Positions 1-8,031 of a stretch of DNA of 25,208 nt are shown here, piece by piece. The position numbers and the translations under genes are program-made. Position 1 is the first letter of the stretch. Each line of letters starts with the position of its first letter. Below the pieces are notes generated by a model that was not told the DNA's origin, ran no database searches, and saw nothing but the letters and a program-made list of their open reading frames with translations. Origin of the DNA: a virus (lineage: Duplodnaviria; Caudoviricetes); the IMG/VR virus record IMGVR_UViG_3300025084_000201, positions 1-25,208 of that record, one strand, 5' to 3'.

Positions 1-179
1 CAACAGTATTTCCTTTTGTTGCTATATATGAAAATACAGTTAATATGAATTTTGGTGGCTATACACGATCATCAATCTCAAGTGCGGCAGCCGATGCTAA
101 TGGCTACGGAACTTTTGAATACGCACCACCATCAGGTTATTACGCAATTTGCACTAAAAACTTAGCGGAGTACGGATAA
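1..179 (+). CDS. 3' end of a tail fibre / SPRY-like lectin-domain protein (partial, runs off the window)
   Basis: Not in the ORF track. Frame 3 is open from the window edge: TVFPFVAIYENTVNMNFGG...GYGTFEYAPPSGYYAICTKNLAEYG, with TAA at 177-179 abutting the next ATG. The NFG...FxYxPPxGYxAxCTxNL ending is typical of SPRY/concanavalin-like domains in marine phage tail proteins. Confidence 0.7.
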   Translation, partial: TVFPFVAIYENTVNMNFGGYTRSSISSAAADANGYGTFEYAPPSGYYAICTKNLAEYG

Positions 180-1226
180 ATGGCTTATACAAATATAGAC
201 GACCCATCTGCATATTTTCAGGCTAAGACCTATACTGGTAATGCTACTGATAATACACCAATAACCAACGATGGTAACAGCAATTTACAAGCTGACTGGA
301 TTTGGTTTAAAAGAAGAAGCTCTACTGAGAACCATGTATTAGCTGACTCTACAAGAGGAGTAACAAAATGGTTGTTTAGTAATTTAACTAATGCTGAAGG
401 CACTTCTACGGCACGACTTAAATCTTTTGATACAAATGGTTTTACTTTGGGTGATACTGGTTCTACAAATCAAAATGGTGCAAATTTTGTAGCATGGGAA
501 TGGAAAGCCAATGGTGGTACGACCTCAAGCAATACGGATGGAGATATAACTTCAACTGTACAAGTTAATCAAGATGCTGGGTTTAGTATTGTTACAGATT
601 CACCATCCAATAATACAGCTAGAAGCATAGGTCACGGATTAGGCGTTGCACCTCAAGTTGTTATTAGACGAGCAAGAACTCGAGTAGAAAGTTGGAGAGT
701 ATTTCACAGTTCAGCAGGTTCAACAGGCTCTTTAAAACTTAATGATAGTTCTGCATACAATTCTAGTACAGTTTTATTTACTGGAGTTACTTCTTCAACT
801 TTTGGAGTAGGAACAGATTTTTCAGTTAATGGTAATTACAACTATGTAAGTTACTGCTTCGCAGAAAAACAAGGCTACAGCAAGTTTGGTTCGTATAAAG
901 GTAACGGAAACACAAATGGTGCTTTTGTTTATACAGGCTTCAAACCTGCTTGGGTAATGGTGAAACAAAGTAATACAGCTAGAAATTGGCAAATATTTGA
1001 TAATAAAAGAGACGGATATAACAAAGACTATATGCCGAGATTACAAGCAGATAACGATTCACCAGAAGCTGCAAGTTCTGGAGCTAGTATGGATTTTGTA
1101 AGCAATGGTTTTAAAATTAGAACAAGTCAAACAGGAGCAAATCAAAACGGTGGAACATACATCTACATGGCATTTGCAGAAAATCCATTCGTAACATCAA
1201 CAGGAATCCCAACAACAGCGAGGTAA
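180..1226 (+). CDS. Tail fibre / receptor-binding beta-rich structural protein, 348 aa
   Basis: Three internally similar units (YTGN...WIWFKRR...VAWEW; FSIVT...HGLG..P...YVSYCF; FGSYKGNG...GFKPAWVMVK...YIYMAFAE), rich in G/S/T/N. This pattern is common in marine phage tail proteins. Confidence 0.7.
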   Translation: MAYTNIDDPSAYFQAKTYTGNATDNTPITNDGNSNLQADWIWFKRRSSTENHVLADSTRGVTKWLFSNLTNAEGTSTARLKSFDTNGFTLGDTGSTNQNGANFVAWEWKANGGTTSSNTDGDITSTVQVNQDAGFSIVTDSPSNNTARSIGHGLGVAPQVVIRRARTRVESWRVFHSSAGSTGSLKLNDSSAYNSSTVLFTGVTSSTFGVGTDFSVNGNYNYVSYCFAEKQGYSKFGSYKGNGNTNGAFVYTGFKPAWVMVKQSNTARNWQIFDNKRDGYNKDYMPRLQADNDSPEAASSGASMDFVSNGFKIRTSQTGANQNGGTYIYMAFAENPFVTSTGIPTTAR

Positions 1227-1229
1227 ATT

Positions 1230-1850
1230 ATGTGGGCTTTAGTAGAATCAGATAACGTAACACAAGTCTTTACAAGACCTAAAGGTATGACTATAGGAGA
1301 AGTTAATTACCCTAGCAATATCTTTATGCTTTGGACAGCTTCTGAATTAGAAGCTATAGGGATTTATGAAGTCGTTATCGACAACACAAACTTAAAAGAT
1401 AAAGAGTATTACATCAACACCAATCAAAGCTTTGACTTTGCAGACGGCGTTGTAACAGCTTCATACGGTGTGGCAACTGCTAAACCTTTAGATGATGTTC
1501 TATGGCAAGAAGGCGATGAAGGTATGCCAGAAGAAACATCTGTAGGCGATGTAAAACAACCCGGTATCCGTCAAGGCTATAAAGATACTATCAACTCTCA
1601 AGCCGGTGGTATCTTACAAGACACTGACTGGATGGTTGTTAGAGCTGCAGAAGGTGGTACAGCCGTACCAAGCGATATAGCAACTTGGAGAGCTGCAGTG
1701 CGTACAAAGTCTAATGACATGTGTACAGCTATTGACGGTGCTGCAGACGTAGATGCTTTAGCAGCTTTATACACTTATACAAATACAGGTACTGAAGAAA
1801 GTCCTGTTTACACAAGACCTTTAGGTGAGTTTCCAGAACTAGGAGCATAA
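1230..1850 (+). CDS. Tail fibre assembly chaperone-like protein, 206 aa
   Basis: The C-terminal LQDTDWMVVR...VPSDIATWRAAVR resembles the L..TDW....W..YR signature of tail assembly chaperones. The protein is acidic and directly follows the tail fibre genes. Confidence 0.6.
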   Translation: MWALVESDNVTQVFTRPKGMTIGEVNYPSNIFMLWTASELEAIGIYEVVIDNTNLKDKEYYINTNQSFDFADGVVTASYGVATAKPLDDVLWQEGDEGMPEETSVGDVKQPGIRQGYKDTINSQAGGILQDTDWMVVRAAEGGTAVPSDIATWRAAVRTKSNDMCTAIDGAADVDALAALYTYTNTGTEESPVYTRPLGEFPELGA

Positions 1851-1851
1851 C

Positions 1852-2094
1852 ATGGAACTATCAGCATATATTATTTGGAACATCTTTATAACTTTAGTCT
1901 TAGCCCCTATATGGTTTCAGATTAGGCAGAACACTTCAGAGCTTAGAAGACAAGATATATTGCTGAACAAAACACGTGAAGGTATTGCGAAAGATTATGT
2001 AACCAAAGATGAGCTAAGAAACGATATGACAATCATAATGGAAAGAATGGATAAAATCAGTGAAAAGCTTGACAAACTCTTTGAAGTTAAGTAA
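1852..2094 (+). CDS. Small membrane protein (N-terminal TM helix plus coiled coil), 80 aa; possibly lysis-related
   Basis: Hydrophobic AYIIWNIFITLVLAPIWF, then a heptad-like tail (MERMDKISEKLDKLF). AGGAG Shine-Dalgarno upstream. Confidence 0.6.
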   Translation: MELSAYIIWNIFITLVLAPIWFQIRQNTSELRRQDILLNKTREGIAKDYVTKDELRNDMTIIMERMDKISEKLDKLFEVK

Positions 2095-2095
2095 A

Positions 2096-2218
2096 ATGGT
2101 AGTAAAGAAGAAAAAAACTAAGAAGCTTCCTGCTTCGACCTTAGTTATTTCAATTACTACTGTACCTTCAAAGATGTTGAAGAAATTAACACGTAGGAAA
2201 AACAATGGCAAAAGATAG
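2096..2218 (+). CDS. Small, very basic protein, 40 aa (not in the ORF track)
   Basis: MVVKKKKTKKLPASTLVISITTVPSKMLKKLTRRKNNGKR*. The ATG is 1 nt after the upstream TAA and the TAG overlaps the start of the next gene, so it fills the gap exactly. Confidence 0.6.
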   Translation: MVVKKKKTKKLPASTLVISITTVPSKMLKKLTRRKNNGKR

Positions 2219-4484
2219 AAAAAAAAGAACTAAAAAGTATAAAGCTACTTATAAAACAGATGGTCGTGTCGACATGAGTCAAGGTGGTCGAGTTGGTTAT
2301 CGTGAAGGTGATGAAATTCGTATAGACCCTGCAACTGGTCAAGCATTACAAAATCAACAAGCTGGAGAAGCTGAACCTGCACCTATTCCGGCACCTAGAA
2401 AAGCAAGTAAACTATTATATTCAGATGGAATAGCCCCTGAAAAACCAGCCCCTGTATTAGAAACTAGAAATGCTAGAGCAGATGCTATTAGACAAAATAG
2501 AGGTCAATTAGAGTTTGACCAAAGCTATGATTTTAATATTCCCGGTACTCCCGGATATAATCCTAATCTTCCTACAAAAGCACCTACTGGTCCGTTTGGT
2601 GGACCTCTGGGCGGTTCTCCTGCACCGACTCCTGCACCGACTCCTGCACCGACTCCTGCACCTTTAACAAAAGAAACATTTGAAAAAGAACGTAGAGAAA
2701 GAATGATTGAAGCTGGTAGAGAAGCTGAGAAAATTGCTAGAGGAGAGATACCAGAGGGAATTATTCCACAACAAGAAATAGTTTCTGTCCCTACAGGACC
2801 TGCATATGAATCAGAGGCTATGCAACTTGCTGAAAGAAAAGGAGTTAGTCCTGAATTAGTTAAAGAAGTTGGTACTGAAGCTGTACAACAAATAGAAGAT
2901 ATTTCGACAGTTAAAACTCCTGAGCCTGTTACTGCTGCTAAAATTGAAGCTGAACAAATTACAACAGCTCCTGAAGTTGCTGTAGCTCAAGGTGAAATTA
3001 AACAAGAAGCTTTAGCAAAAGCTGCAGGAGTAGAGAGAGTAGACCCTATTCAAGCGGTTACAGTTGATATACCTGAAGGTGCATTAGCTGAAAGAGTTAT
3101 TGGTACTCTTAGTCAAGACTCTAAAGCTCAAGCAGCTCAAAATGCTGGAACATCTTTAGCAAGAGTTACACGAGCTAAAAAACAATTACGTAATGCTGGT
3201 CTTAGTGAAGAAGATATTACAGAGCTTGGTAATGACCCTGAAGCACTTGAAGCAAGGCTTACTGAGTTTACTGAAGAACAAAGAGGGATTATTGAAGGGT
3301 TACCTCAAGAAGCTTTAGTATCTAATCAGTTAGACAGTTTATTAAGTGGCATTGAAGAAGGTGAAATACCCTCGTGGGCTAGACCTGCTGTTGCATCAGT
3401 AGAACAAATGTTAGCTCAAAGAGGTATGTCAGCCTCAACAGTTGGTAGAGACGCCTTGCTCAATGCAATTATTACTTCAGCGATACCGTTAGCTCAGTCT
3501 AATGCTCAAGCAATACAACAAAGTGTTTCACAACAAAAAACAATTGAAGCACAAGCTGACTTACAAAATACACAGTTTAGACAACAAACTGCCATGCAAA
3601 ATGCACAAAATGTTTTTGCAATGGACATGGCTCAGTTCAGTGCTGATCAACAAACCAACTTAGCTAACAGTAAATTTTTACAAACAGTAGGTTTAACTGA
3701 AGCAAGTATGGAGCAACAATCAGCTCTACAAAACGCAGTGTTAATGTCACAAGCTAATTTAGCTGAAGCAGACTTTTATCAAAAAGCACAAATACAAAAT
3801 GCTCAAGCTTTTTTATCTATGGATATGGCAAATTTAAATATCCAACAACAAGCAAATGTATTACAAGCTCAACAAGAACAGCAAAGAATGCTATCTAATC
3901 AAGCTGCAACAAATGCTGCAAGACAGTTTAATGCTGCAAGTGAAAATCAAACACAACAATTTATGGCAAGTTTGAATACACAAGTTAGTCAGTTTAATTC
4001 TCAACAAGAAAACGCAGTAAAGCAATTTAACGTACAACAGGCTAATGCTGCTGAAGCCAGACGAGTTCAAAATGAATTAGAAGTTAATAAGGCTAATGCT
4101 GCTATTGTTAATCAAGTAAAACAATTTAATGAACAAATAGATTTTAACAGAGAACAGTTTAATGTGCAAAACGCACAAGCAATTGAGCAGTCAAATGTAG
4201 AATGGAGAAGGAAAGCTAACTTAGCTGACACTGCTGCACAAAATGCTATTAATCAAGAAAACACTAAAATGGCATTTAATATATCTTCTCAAGCTCAAGC
4301 ATTTTTATGGCAAGAGTTAAGAGACCAAGCCGACTATGATTTTAGATGGGCTAATGATACAGCTACAAGAAAAGTACAAGCCATGGTAGCTGCTTCAAGT
4401 GCAGAAGGTGATGCTGCTAAAAATTGGCAGACTAATTTTAATAATGTTTCATCAACCATTGATAGAATGTTTGGTATAGGATAG
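2205..4484 (+). CDS. Internal virion / DNA ejection (pilot-like) protein with a long Q/N/A-rich 11-residue-repeat coiled coil, 759 aa
   Basis: Basic N-terminus, Pro-rich linker, and 22 consecutive 11-aa repeats at aa 451-692. AGGA SD upstream. Located after the tail genes. Confidence 0.7.
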   Translation: MAKDRKKRTKKYKATYKTDGRVDMSQGGRVGYREGDEIRIDPATGQALQNQQAGEAEPAPIPAPRKASKLLYSDGIAPEKPAPVLETRNARADAIRQNRGQLEFDQSYDFNIPGTPGYNPNLPTKAPTGPFGGPLGGSPAPTPAPTPAPTPAPLTKETFEKERRERMIEAGREAEKIARGEIPEGIIPQQEIVSVPTGPAYESEAMQLAERKGVSPELVKEVGTEAVQQIEDISTVKTPEPVTAAKIEAEQITTAPEVAVAQGEIKQEALAKAAGVERVDPIQAVTVDIPEGALAERVIGTLSQDSKAQAAQNAGTSLARVTRAKKQLRNAGLSEEDITELGNDPEALEARLTEFTEEQRGIIEGLPQEALVSNQLDSLLSGIEEGEIPSWARPAVASVEQMLAQRGMSASTVGRDALLNAIITSAIPLAQSNAQAIQQSVSQQKTIEAQADLQNTQFRQQTAMQNAQNVFAMDMAQFSADQQTNLANSKFLQTVGLTEASMEQQSALQNAVLMSQANLAEADFYQKAQIQNAQAFLSMDMANLNIQQQANVLQAQQEQQRMLSNQAATNAARQFNAASENQTQQFMASLNTQVSQFNSQQENAVKQFNVQQANAAEARRVQNELEVNKANAAIVNQVKQFNEQIDFNREQFNVQNAQAIEQSNVEWRRKANLADTAAQNAINQENTKMAFNISSQAQAFLWQELRDQADYDFRWANDTATRKVQAMVAASSAEGDAAKNWQTNFNNVSSTIDRMFGIG
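2617..2662 (+). repeat. Perfect 12-bp tandem repeat (CTCCTGCACCGA x3.8) encoding (PAPT)n
   Basis: Units at 2617-2628, 2629-2640 and 2641-2652, with a partial unit at 2653-2662. Confidence 0.95.
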
Positions 4485-4493
4485 GAGATTAAA

Positions 4494-5468
4494 GTGGGAA
4501 AACTAAGAAAAATTGCTAAAAAAATTGGCAAAGGTATAAAAAAAGTTGTCAATAAAGTTGGTCGAGCTTTTGGAAAACTAGGAATTGTTGGTCAACTGGG
4601 AATGATGTTTTTAATGCCTTATGCTATGTCCGGGCTAAGTCACTTATGGAGCAGTACCGTTGGTAAAGCCTTCGGTCAATTTGCAACACAAGGGTTGTCT
4701 CAAGGTACAACAACTTTTGCATCTAGATTAGTAGCTGAAGGAGGATTAAAAGGAGCTGTTGGACAAGCTATGGGAGCTATTCATAGTGCTGGTTCTGCAA
4801 TAGGAACTGCTTATAATTCTCTTAGCACAGCAATATCTAATGGCTTTGATAGAGCTGGTAATTTTTTACAAGGCGAAGGTTTTACTTTAAGTGAAGGAAG
4901 GACTCCTGTATTCGGTAGTGGAGCTGAAGATATTATTAAAGAAAGTGCAGTAGAACAAACTGCTTTAGAAGAATATGCAAAAAGAGAAGGAGTATCTTTA
5001 AATGAAGTAGGCAAAAAATTAGATACTGGAAAAATTTTAGGAATCGAAGATAAAGCAATCACAGATGTTATTGCAGAAAAGAAAAGCTTACTTGAAAGAG
5101 GAAAAGATTTTGCTTCACAATCTTATGATTCTATGGTAAAAGATTTAACTGATCCTTCAAAGTATGGTAAGAAAGCAGCTCAAACTGCTTTTGCACATTT
5201 ACAAACAGCATTAGCTCCGGCAATGCCACAACAAACGCTTAATATTGTTAGACCTTTAGATATTGGAACTATTGATGCATTTAATACTCAAGGTATATTT
5301 AATCAAGCAGACTTTACAAGTATGAATAATGCTTATCAAGCACAAGGAAGTTCTTGGGGAGCAACAAATCAACTTGGACAGTCTTATCTTATGGAACAAG
5401 CAAGTATGGGAAGTACAAACTATATTAATGATATGAGAAGACTTCAAGGATATGGAGGAAATAATTAA
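4494..5468 (+). CDS. Probable ejection protein with a cationic amphipathic N-terminus and Gly-rich hydrophobic helices, 324 aa
   Basis: GTG start with AGGAG SD. MGKLRKIAKKIGKGIKKVVNKVGRAFGKLG is followed by hydrophobic IVGQLGMMFLMPYAM and GxxxG-type segments. Confidence 0.6.
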   Translation: MGKLRKIAKKIGKGIKKVVNKVGRAFGKLGIVGQLGMMFLMPYAMSGLSHLWSSTVGKAFGQFATQGLSQGTTTFASRLVAEGGLKGAVGQAMGAIHSAGSAIGTAYNSLSTAISNGFDRAGNFLQGEGFTLSEGRTPVFGSGAEDIIKESAVEQTALEEYAKREGVSLNEVGKKLDTGKILGIEDKAITDVIAEKKSLLERGKDFASQSYDSMVKDLTDPSKYGKKAAQTAFAHLQTALAPAMPQQTLNIVRPLDIGTIDAFNTQGIFNQADFTSMNNAYQAQGSSWGATNQLGQSYLMEQASMGSTNYINDMRRLQGYGGNN

Positions 5469-6061
5469 TGAGAGAAGAGTTTAACCAAGAAGGGATAGAT
5501 GCTCTTGTTAATGCAGGAAAACCTATTCCGGGACAGTCTTTAACAAATAGCCCTGATCAAGGTTATCCTTGGGAAGGACCCCCTGAATTTACTAACTTTA
5601 GAGAAGCTTTAAATTTTATTGCTGAAGAGCTTTTAGTAGAAGATATTTATGTTCCTCTTATGGTTGGTATTGGGCAGGGAGTTCCTGTTTCTGATGTAGC
5701 TTTACAAGTATTACAAAGAGGTTTTCAAGAGGGTAAATGGAACCCAGATTTATTGTTATTATTGTTAGAGCCTGTAATGTATTTACTAATGGCGTTATGT
5801 GAGAAAGCAGGGATTAATGACTATCGTTTAACAGGGGATGAAGAAGATGATCTTGAACCCGAAGATGAAAATGAAATAGCTGAAATGAGAGCTAATAATT
5901 TAAAAAAATATGCTGATAGTAAAATTGATAAAAATAGGAAAGTTCCTGAGGGAGTTTTACCAAAAGAAATTGTAGAAGATATTGAAGAGCTTGAAATACC
6001 TGAAGGATTACTTAGTAGACCTCAACAAGCTCAACCAAGTTTATTAGGACAGCAGGAGTAA
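5468..6061 (+). CDS. Acidic hypothetical virion-module protein, 197 aa
   Basis: GGAGG SD and TAATG overlap with the upstream gene. Carries a PIPGQSLT...PWEGPP motif. Function not recognised. Confidence 0.6.
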   Translation: MREEFNQEGIDALVNAGKPIPGQSLTNSPDQGYPWEGPPEFTNFREALNFIAEELLVEDIYVPLMVGIGQGVPVSDVALQVLQRGFQEGKWNPDLLLLLLEPVMYLLMALCEKAGINDYRLTGDEEDDLEPEDENEIAEMRANNLKKYADSKIDKNRKVPEGVLPKEIVEDIEELEIPEGLLSRPQQAQPSLLGQQE

Positions 6062-6064
6062 AGA

Positions 6065-8029
6065 ATGGCTAACGGTTTATATGAAGGTGATGGTGGAGTT
6101 TCTTTTGGTCAAGAACAGTTTGAAGCAAAAAGAAAAAGAGAAGAAAAGGAACAAAAAAAACAACAGCGAATACAAGAAAGTTTATATGCTATTAATCTTA
6201 CAGCAGCAGGAGCCAATTGGTTAATTAATAGAAATGCTGAAGAAGCAGAAAGAAACGGAGCTGTCGCACGATCACATTATTTAGCTAAAAATGAAACTGC
6301 TAAAGAATGGAATACTATGCATAAAGAATATGAAAAGCTAGGTTATTCCAGAGATCAAATGCTCGAAGCTGAAACAAGAAAAAAACTTAGAAATCATTTA
6401 CTTGGTATTTATGGTGAAGAGTTTAATGTTGATGGCTTTAGTGATGCTATCAATGAAATTTCTAAAAATTATTCTAAGAATCCTGACAATTTAGCATCTT
6501 GGAATAAAACTGTAGATGCTCAATTAGCTATACCAAACTTATCTCATGAAGATATGATTGAACTTATTAGGGCAGAGGGAGAAGCTCCAAAAACTATTGG
6601 TTCGTGGTTCGGTAACAAAATATTAAAAATGGCTAAATCACATGATAAGGAAACTTTAACAGAAGAAGATAAATTAGCTAAAGAAAAATTACTCAGTGGT
6701 TTAATTGGAGATCAATTTAAAAATGCTACTTCTGCTCTTGAAGCTTATGGTAAACTAGGCAATCCTGTCGAACAGCTTGTAGAGTTTATGAAAAGTGAAG
6801 AAGGTAAAAAAATTACAGTTTACAAAGACTCCAATGTTAATACATTTGAAAACGTTGTCGAGGATAAATATGGAGGAAAATCTAAAGTTACATTTGCAAC
6901 AACAATTGCACAAGCTCCCGATGGTTCGCCAGTACAAATCGGTGATGCTATACCTATGGGTTCCTATACTCTTACAGGTGAACGAAAAACTCGTAATCCT
7001 ACAGAGTTAAAAACAGGGCAAGATGATATAATTGCTTACATAAATAGGGCAAAAGATGTAGACTTAGAAGATTTTTACAAAAATGAATTTAAAGATAATC
7101 CAGTATCTTATACTAATAATATTTTAGATACTGCAGAAAACCTGATAAGTACACAAGGCTTATCAAAAACTCAAGCTATAGCAGCAGCTACTGAATATGT
7201 ATCGGGACAAGACTCTATTATTGTTGATACTAATATGAGCTTGTTTGATTTAGATAATATGCAGGGTACAGTTAACACTGAAAAATTACCTCAATATATT
7301 GAAAGTATTAAACAAGTAAAGCCTGAATATGGAGTTGAGCAAGAACTTAGAGGAATGAGAGATCAATTTTTATTAGCTATTAAAGAGTCAGAGTTGGATG
7401 ACCAACAAAAAATAGATGAAGAACTAGCTCTTAATAGTATTATGAAAAATGCTGGTATTATTCCAGCCGAGGAATATAATAACCTTGTTATAAATGGAGG
7501 TAATGAATCTCCAGAAGTAAAAACGTGGTTGCAAGAATTAAATGAAATACCTTATGCTGGTAGAGTATCAGAATTTTTAGTAGGGGAGGAGCTTGATCTG
7601 TATGATGCAGCATGGTTAGCTCCCGGTTATGGACTTTATAAAATTGGGGGTAAAGTTGCTAGTAAAACTTTAATTCCTAAATTAGCAGATAACATAATAA
7701 AATCTAAAAAAGGACAAGCCTCGATAAATAAAATTAGAACAAGAATGATGGAAGGCTTTAGCAATACAGCAGATAAAGATAATTTTTTAAAAGGACTTAC
7801 CATTGTAGAAAAAGCAATTTTTAGAGCTATGTCTAAATCAGAAAAAAATGTAAGTACTCCTATGTTACAAATTTTTAGAAAAGAGCTTGCGGAAATGCCG
7901 GGTTTATATCTTAAAGCCTATCTTCCTAGTTTAAAACAAACAGTTGGCTGGGGTTTATTTGGTGGTTTATCTGCGTATGGATTCTATAGTAAAGCCACTT
8001 TACCTGAAAAAAAAGAAATTGAAGATTAA
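6065..8029 (+). CDS. Large helical probable internal virion protein, 654 aa
   Basis: AGGAG SD. Mostly helical and charged, with a C-terminal Gly-rich hydrophobic segment (VGWGLFGGLSAYGFY). Sits directly upstream of the giant protein, like T7 gp15 before gp16 (positional inference only). Confidence 0.55.
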   Translation: MANGLYEGDGGVSFGQEQFEAKRKREEKEQKKQQRIQESLYAINLTAAGANWLINRNAEEAERNGAVARSHYLAKNETAKEWNTMHKEYEKLGYSRDQMLEAETRKKLRNHLLGIYGEEFNVDGFSDAINEISKNYSKNPDNLASWNKTVDAQLAIPNLSHEDMIELIRAEGEAPKTIGSWFGNKILKMAKSHDKETLTEEDKLAKEKLLSGLIGDQFKNATSALEAYGKLGNPVEQLVEFMKSEEGKKITVYKDSNVNTFENVVEDKYGGKSKVTFATTIAQAPDGSPVQIGDAIPMGSYTLTGERKTRNPTELKTGQDDIIAYINRAKDVDLEDFYKNEFKDNPVSYTNNILDTAENLISTQGLSKTQAIAAATEYVSGQDSIIVDTNMSLFDLDNMQGTVNTEKLPQYIESIKQVKPEYGVEQELRGMRDQFLLAIKESELDDQQKIDEELALNSIMKNAGIIPAEEYNNLVINGGNESPEVKTWLQELNEIPYAGRVSEFLVGEELDLYDAAWLAPGYGLYKIGGKVASKTLIPKLADNIIKSKKGQASINKIRTRMMEGFSNTADKDNFLKGLTIVEKAIFRAMSKSEKNVSTPMLQIFRKELAEMPGLYLKAYLPSLKQTVGWGLFGGLSAYGFYSKATLPEKKEIED

Positions 8030-8031
8030 CT

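Noticed and set aside
2014-2342. Minus-strand ORFs of 65 and 61 aa
   Set aside because: Antisense to tightly packed + strand genes, including the 40-aa ORF; shadow-like composition.
5436-5468. RRLQGYGGNN at the end of the 324-aa protein resembling the GG motif
   Set aside because: The GG codons are the GGAGG Shine-Dalgarno of the next gene, and positions 4 and 10 do not fit the motif.
4334-7010. Short alternative ORFs at 4334-4552, 4811-5062, 5256-5447, 6755-6937 and 6795-7010
   Set aside because: Nested in long virion genes with no recognisable motifs; expected by chance.
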